Below, in pieces: positions 61,549 to 64,000 of a stretch of 64,000 bases of DNA. Location: assembly GCA_964247055.1 (NCBI GenBank), contig OZ176052.1, forward strand, positions 6,076,001 to 6,140,000, read 5' to 3'. Within the stretch, counting starts at the first letter, position 1. The number at the start of each line of letters is the position of its first letter. Origin of the DNA: Paragordius varius (taxonomy: Eukaryota; Animalia; Nematomorpha). Under the pieces are notes generated by a model, which was not told the DNA's origin, searched no databases, and saw nothing but the letters and a program-made list of their open reading frames with translations. The position numbers and the translations under genes were made by a program.

Positions 61549-61584
<36 letters not shown>

Positions 61585-64000
61585 CAAGGAATCAATAAAT
61601 AGATATTCTTCCTCGTCCTTTGACACTTTCATATACGAAAAAAGTAGCCTTCAAAATTAAAAAAACTCTATATAATGGGAAGACAGCCAATATGGACCAC
61701 TAAAAGGGTTTCGGTTAAGTCCATTGACATTTAGTAGGATATAATTTTAAAATAATATATATCAATAAATAATGAATTTGTAAGGTCTAAACATTCAGAT
61801 AACCTTTCAAAAACTTATATCAATTATATAACAAGCAGCAAAAAAATACTAATTGGTTGTATTTTAGCAAAAAAGGGTGTATTCCCATCATCTTTCTATT
61901 AACGGATTATCCCTTAATATAATAATTTTTTTCCAGACATCTAAGGATAAATTTAGTGCTAATAGATCAAAAAAATTTACCATTCACAATTGAACTTTTG
62001 TTTTTGCAACGACTATTTTTTTGTTGAATAATATGGCATGCATAGATTTAAATACGCTCTGTATATTTTCTAAGACAATTCGGGGAAGCAATTAGAATTT
62101 AATATTTTGGTATTATTATAAATTTTTTAAAGATTTCAATTATTATAAAGTTTTTTTGTTTAATCCACAAGAGTACTCTTAAATTATTTATAAACTTGCA
62201 TGACTGTAGGAAGAGGTCAAAATTATTTCATCGAAAATATCAGAATAAATATCATGACGAAATCCTTATATTTCTAATTATAGCTACAAACAATTTTTAA
62301 ACAAATCATCGCATCATATTGTGATATGGTTTCGAAATTTCATAATTATATATTTTATAATGTTAATTATCAATTTATCATTCTTGCATACTTCATCCAT
62401 ACTTAAACAAAATTACATGGAATGGCCTTTGTTAACAATCTTTTCATGATAAAATTTTTTAAATTTATTGATTCATTACATGGATTACATCATAAAAAGT
62501 AATTAAATAATTTTTTTTATTGACAATGCAGATAAAATGTCGTGATCATACCTAAAAATATCATTTTACAATACCTCTAATAATTATAATACGGGTATTT
62601 TGAAAACAATATAGTTTTCATAGGATAATATTTTTGTCTTCATACGTTACGCTTAATTTAGAGAAAAATAAATGACAATATCATCATTGATTTATGTTTA
62701 ATGTAGAAAAATATTCATTATATATTTCTTCTATTCATTTATATATGTATGATACCCGTAACTCATCACATCTAATCGCTAAAAGCTTTTTCCCTTTAAA
62801 ACCAAAATTATACGCCTGCCAATGTTTAAAATATAATTAATCCAAATCTATACACCTTAAAAAAATAAAATAGCGAATCAAAATCCGAAATCAATGATCA
62901 TTTTTTTATTCCTCTATTATTGGATCTTGAATCGACATTGTATCATGATTGGACGATGTCAAATCATTCAAAATAATAGTAAGTAGATACGACATTAATT
63001 TCATATTTTAGATAATTTTAAAAGAAATCCTAAAAAACATTTATTGCTTTTATATAGGTTTAATATTATCAATCATAATATTTATTAATAAACAGTATGA
63101 CCATCAAATTATGCTACAAACATAACCAACAAATTTAATATTCATAAAGGATTTTTAAATCGCACATGTCATTAAAACGGTTTAAATATATGTTTATAGA
63201 AAATATACAGTTTAAAGTCTCTTTTGTCCTTTGAGAACTTTAACACTCGCCTGCTCAGTGCTGACAGTGATGATGGAAAAATTGAGTGGTTTCAGGGTTC
63301 AAACTCTGGCACGCAGTGTAAGAGTCCTCCCTACCTACCACAACATCACGCATAATTATATGCTTGTAAAATTTCCTTCAATTTGTGATCCAATTTAGGA
63401 CAGATTAAAATTAAAGAGCCGAAGGTACTCTCAGTTCAAACCGATCGATTTTTACAACAACTGGTCGCAATACCGTTTTAAATGCGAAGAACCAGAAATA
63501 GGATTGTTATTTTTCAGCATTTGACCGTTTCTCAATATTCTAAAGTTCTGGTATTTTAGGTAAGGTTATCATGAACCAATGATTTTTTAACTCTATAAAT
63601 TGATATTACTATTGACTTCATTTAAATTAAAGTTGTAAAATGTTTTAAGGGGTTTTTCGATGTTTCAATGTATGCTTAGCATACATATTTCACACGAGTT
63701 TGCTTGAGGTTTATAATACAAACATGGCGAATAATTGGTATTGTATGCAAATTAAATTATTTTCTCACCTATTGTGGTTGTTCTAATAAATATGTGGAAA
63801 AATATTCTACACTTTCCCTTAACTAAGAGCTGGAAGATTAGGAATGTTGTGTCCCTAAGCAGTTAATTATCACTTCACTTTAAGCGATCACTATGCATTT
63901 ATATATCGAACTAAATAATACACTTTTTTAGTTTGGTTTTAAATTAAATTGCGTTTTTTAACGAAATGGATGTTTTTGAAATGTTTTAGCTTTTACTTTT

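Noticed and set aside
61570-63200. Possible fragmented gene with coding-like patches
   Set aside because: I could not build a consistent frame or splice chain or recognise a motif; it needs RNA-seq.
63249-63311. tRNA-like segment with A-box-like TGCTCAGTGC and B-box-like GGTTCAAACTC
   Set aside because: No convincing cloverleaf or anticodon stem; at most a decayed tRNA or SINE head.

Overview
AT-rich eukaryotic (animal-like) genomic DNA, roughly three-quarters AT by eye. No prokaryotic systems, CRISPR arrays or rRNA were seen. Genes reconstructed by hand across splice sites, with identities judged from recalled family motifs rather than database searches: a PAP2-type lipid phosphate phosphatase (PLPP, minus) head-to-head with TMEM177 (plus); an unidentified minus-strand gene at ~5.6-8.9 kb; a large SZT2 (KICSTOR scaffold) gene on minus whose probable last intron holds an intronless, motif-degenerate class A GPCR on plus; a divergent, possibly adaptin-like gene at ~36.6-42.2 kb; and ATP5F1D (minus) head-to-head with CARM1/PRMT4 (plus). 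The main signal is gene architecture. At least nine GT-AG introns are only 22-29 nt long, cluster next to two divergent promoters with only 56 and 59 bp between start codons, and coexist with 0.3-1.8 kb transposon-rich introns further 3'. All six identifiable start codons have an AG 0-3 nt upstream, which may indicate trans-splicing. Introns and intergenic DNA carry many transposon relics: two Mos1-like mariners, a ~2.3 kb decayed hAT with TIR/TSD, hAT, piggyBac-like and Harbinger-like MITEs, an RTE LINE tail, and three MITE families that share a TA|CCATTT terminus and 21-bp-periodic subterminal arrays of unrelated sequence. Micro-introns plus high AT would fit a reduced parasitic animal such as an orthonectid or dicyemid, but that is inference.
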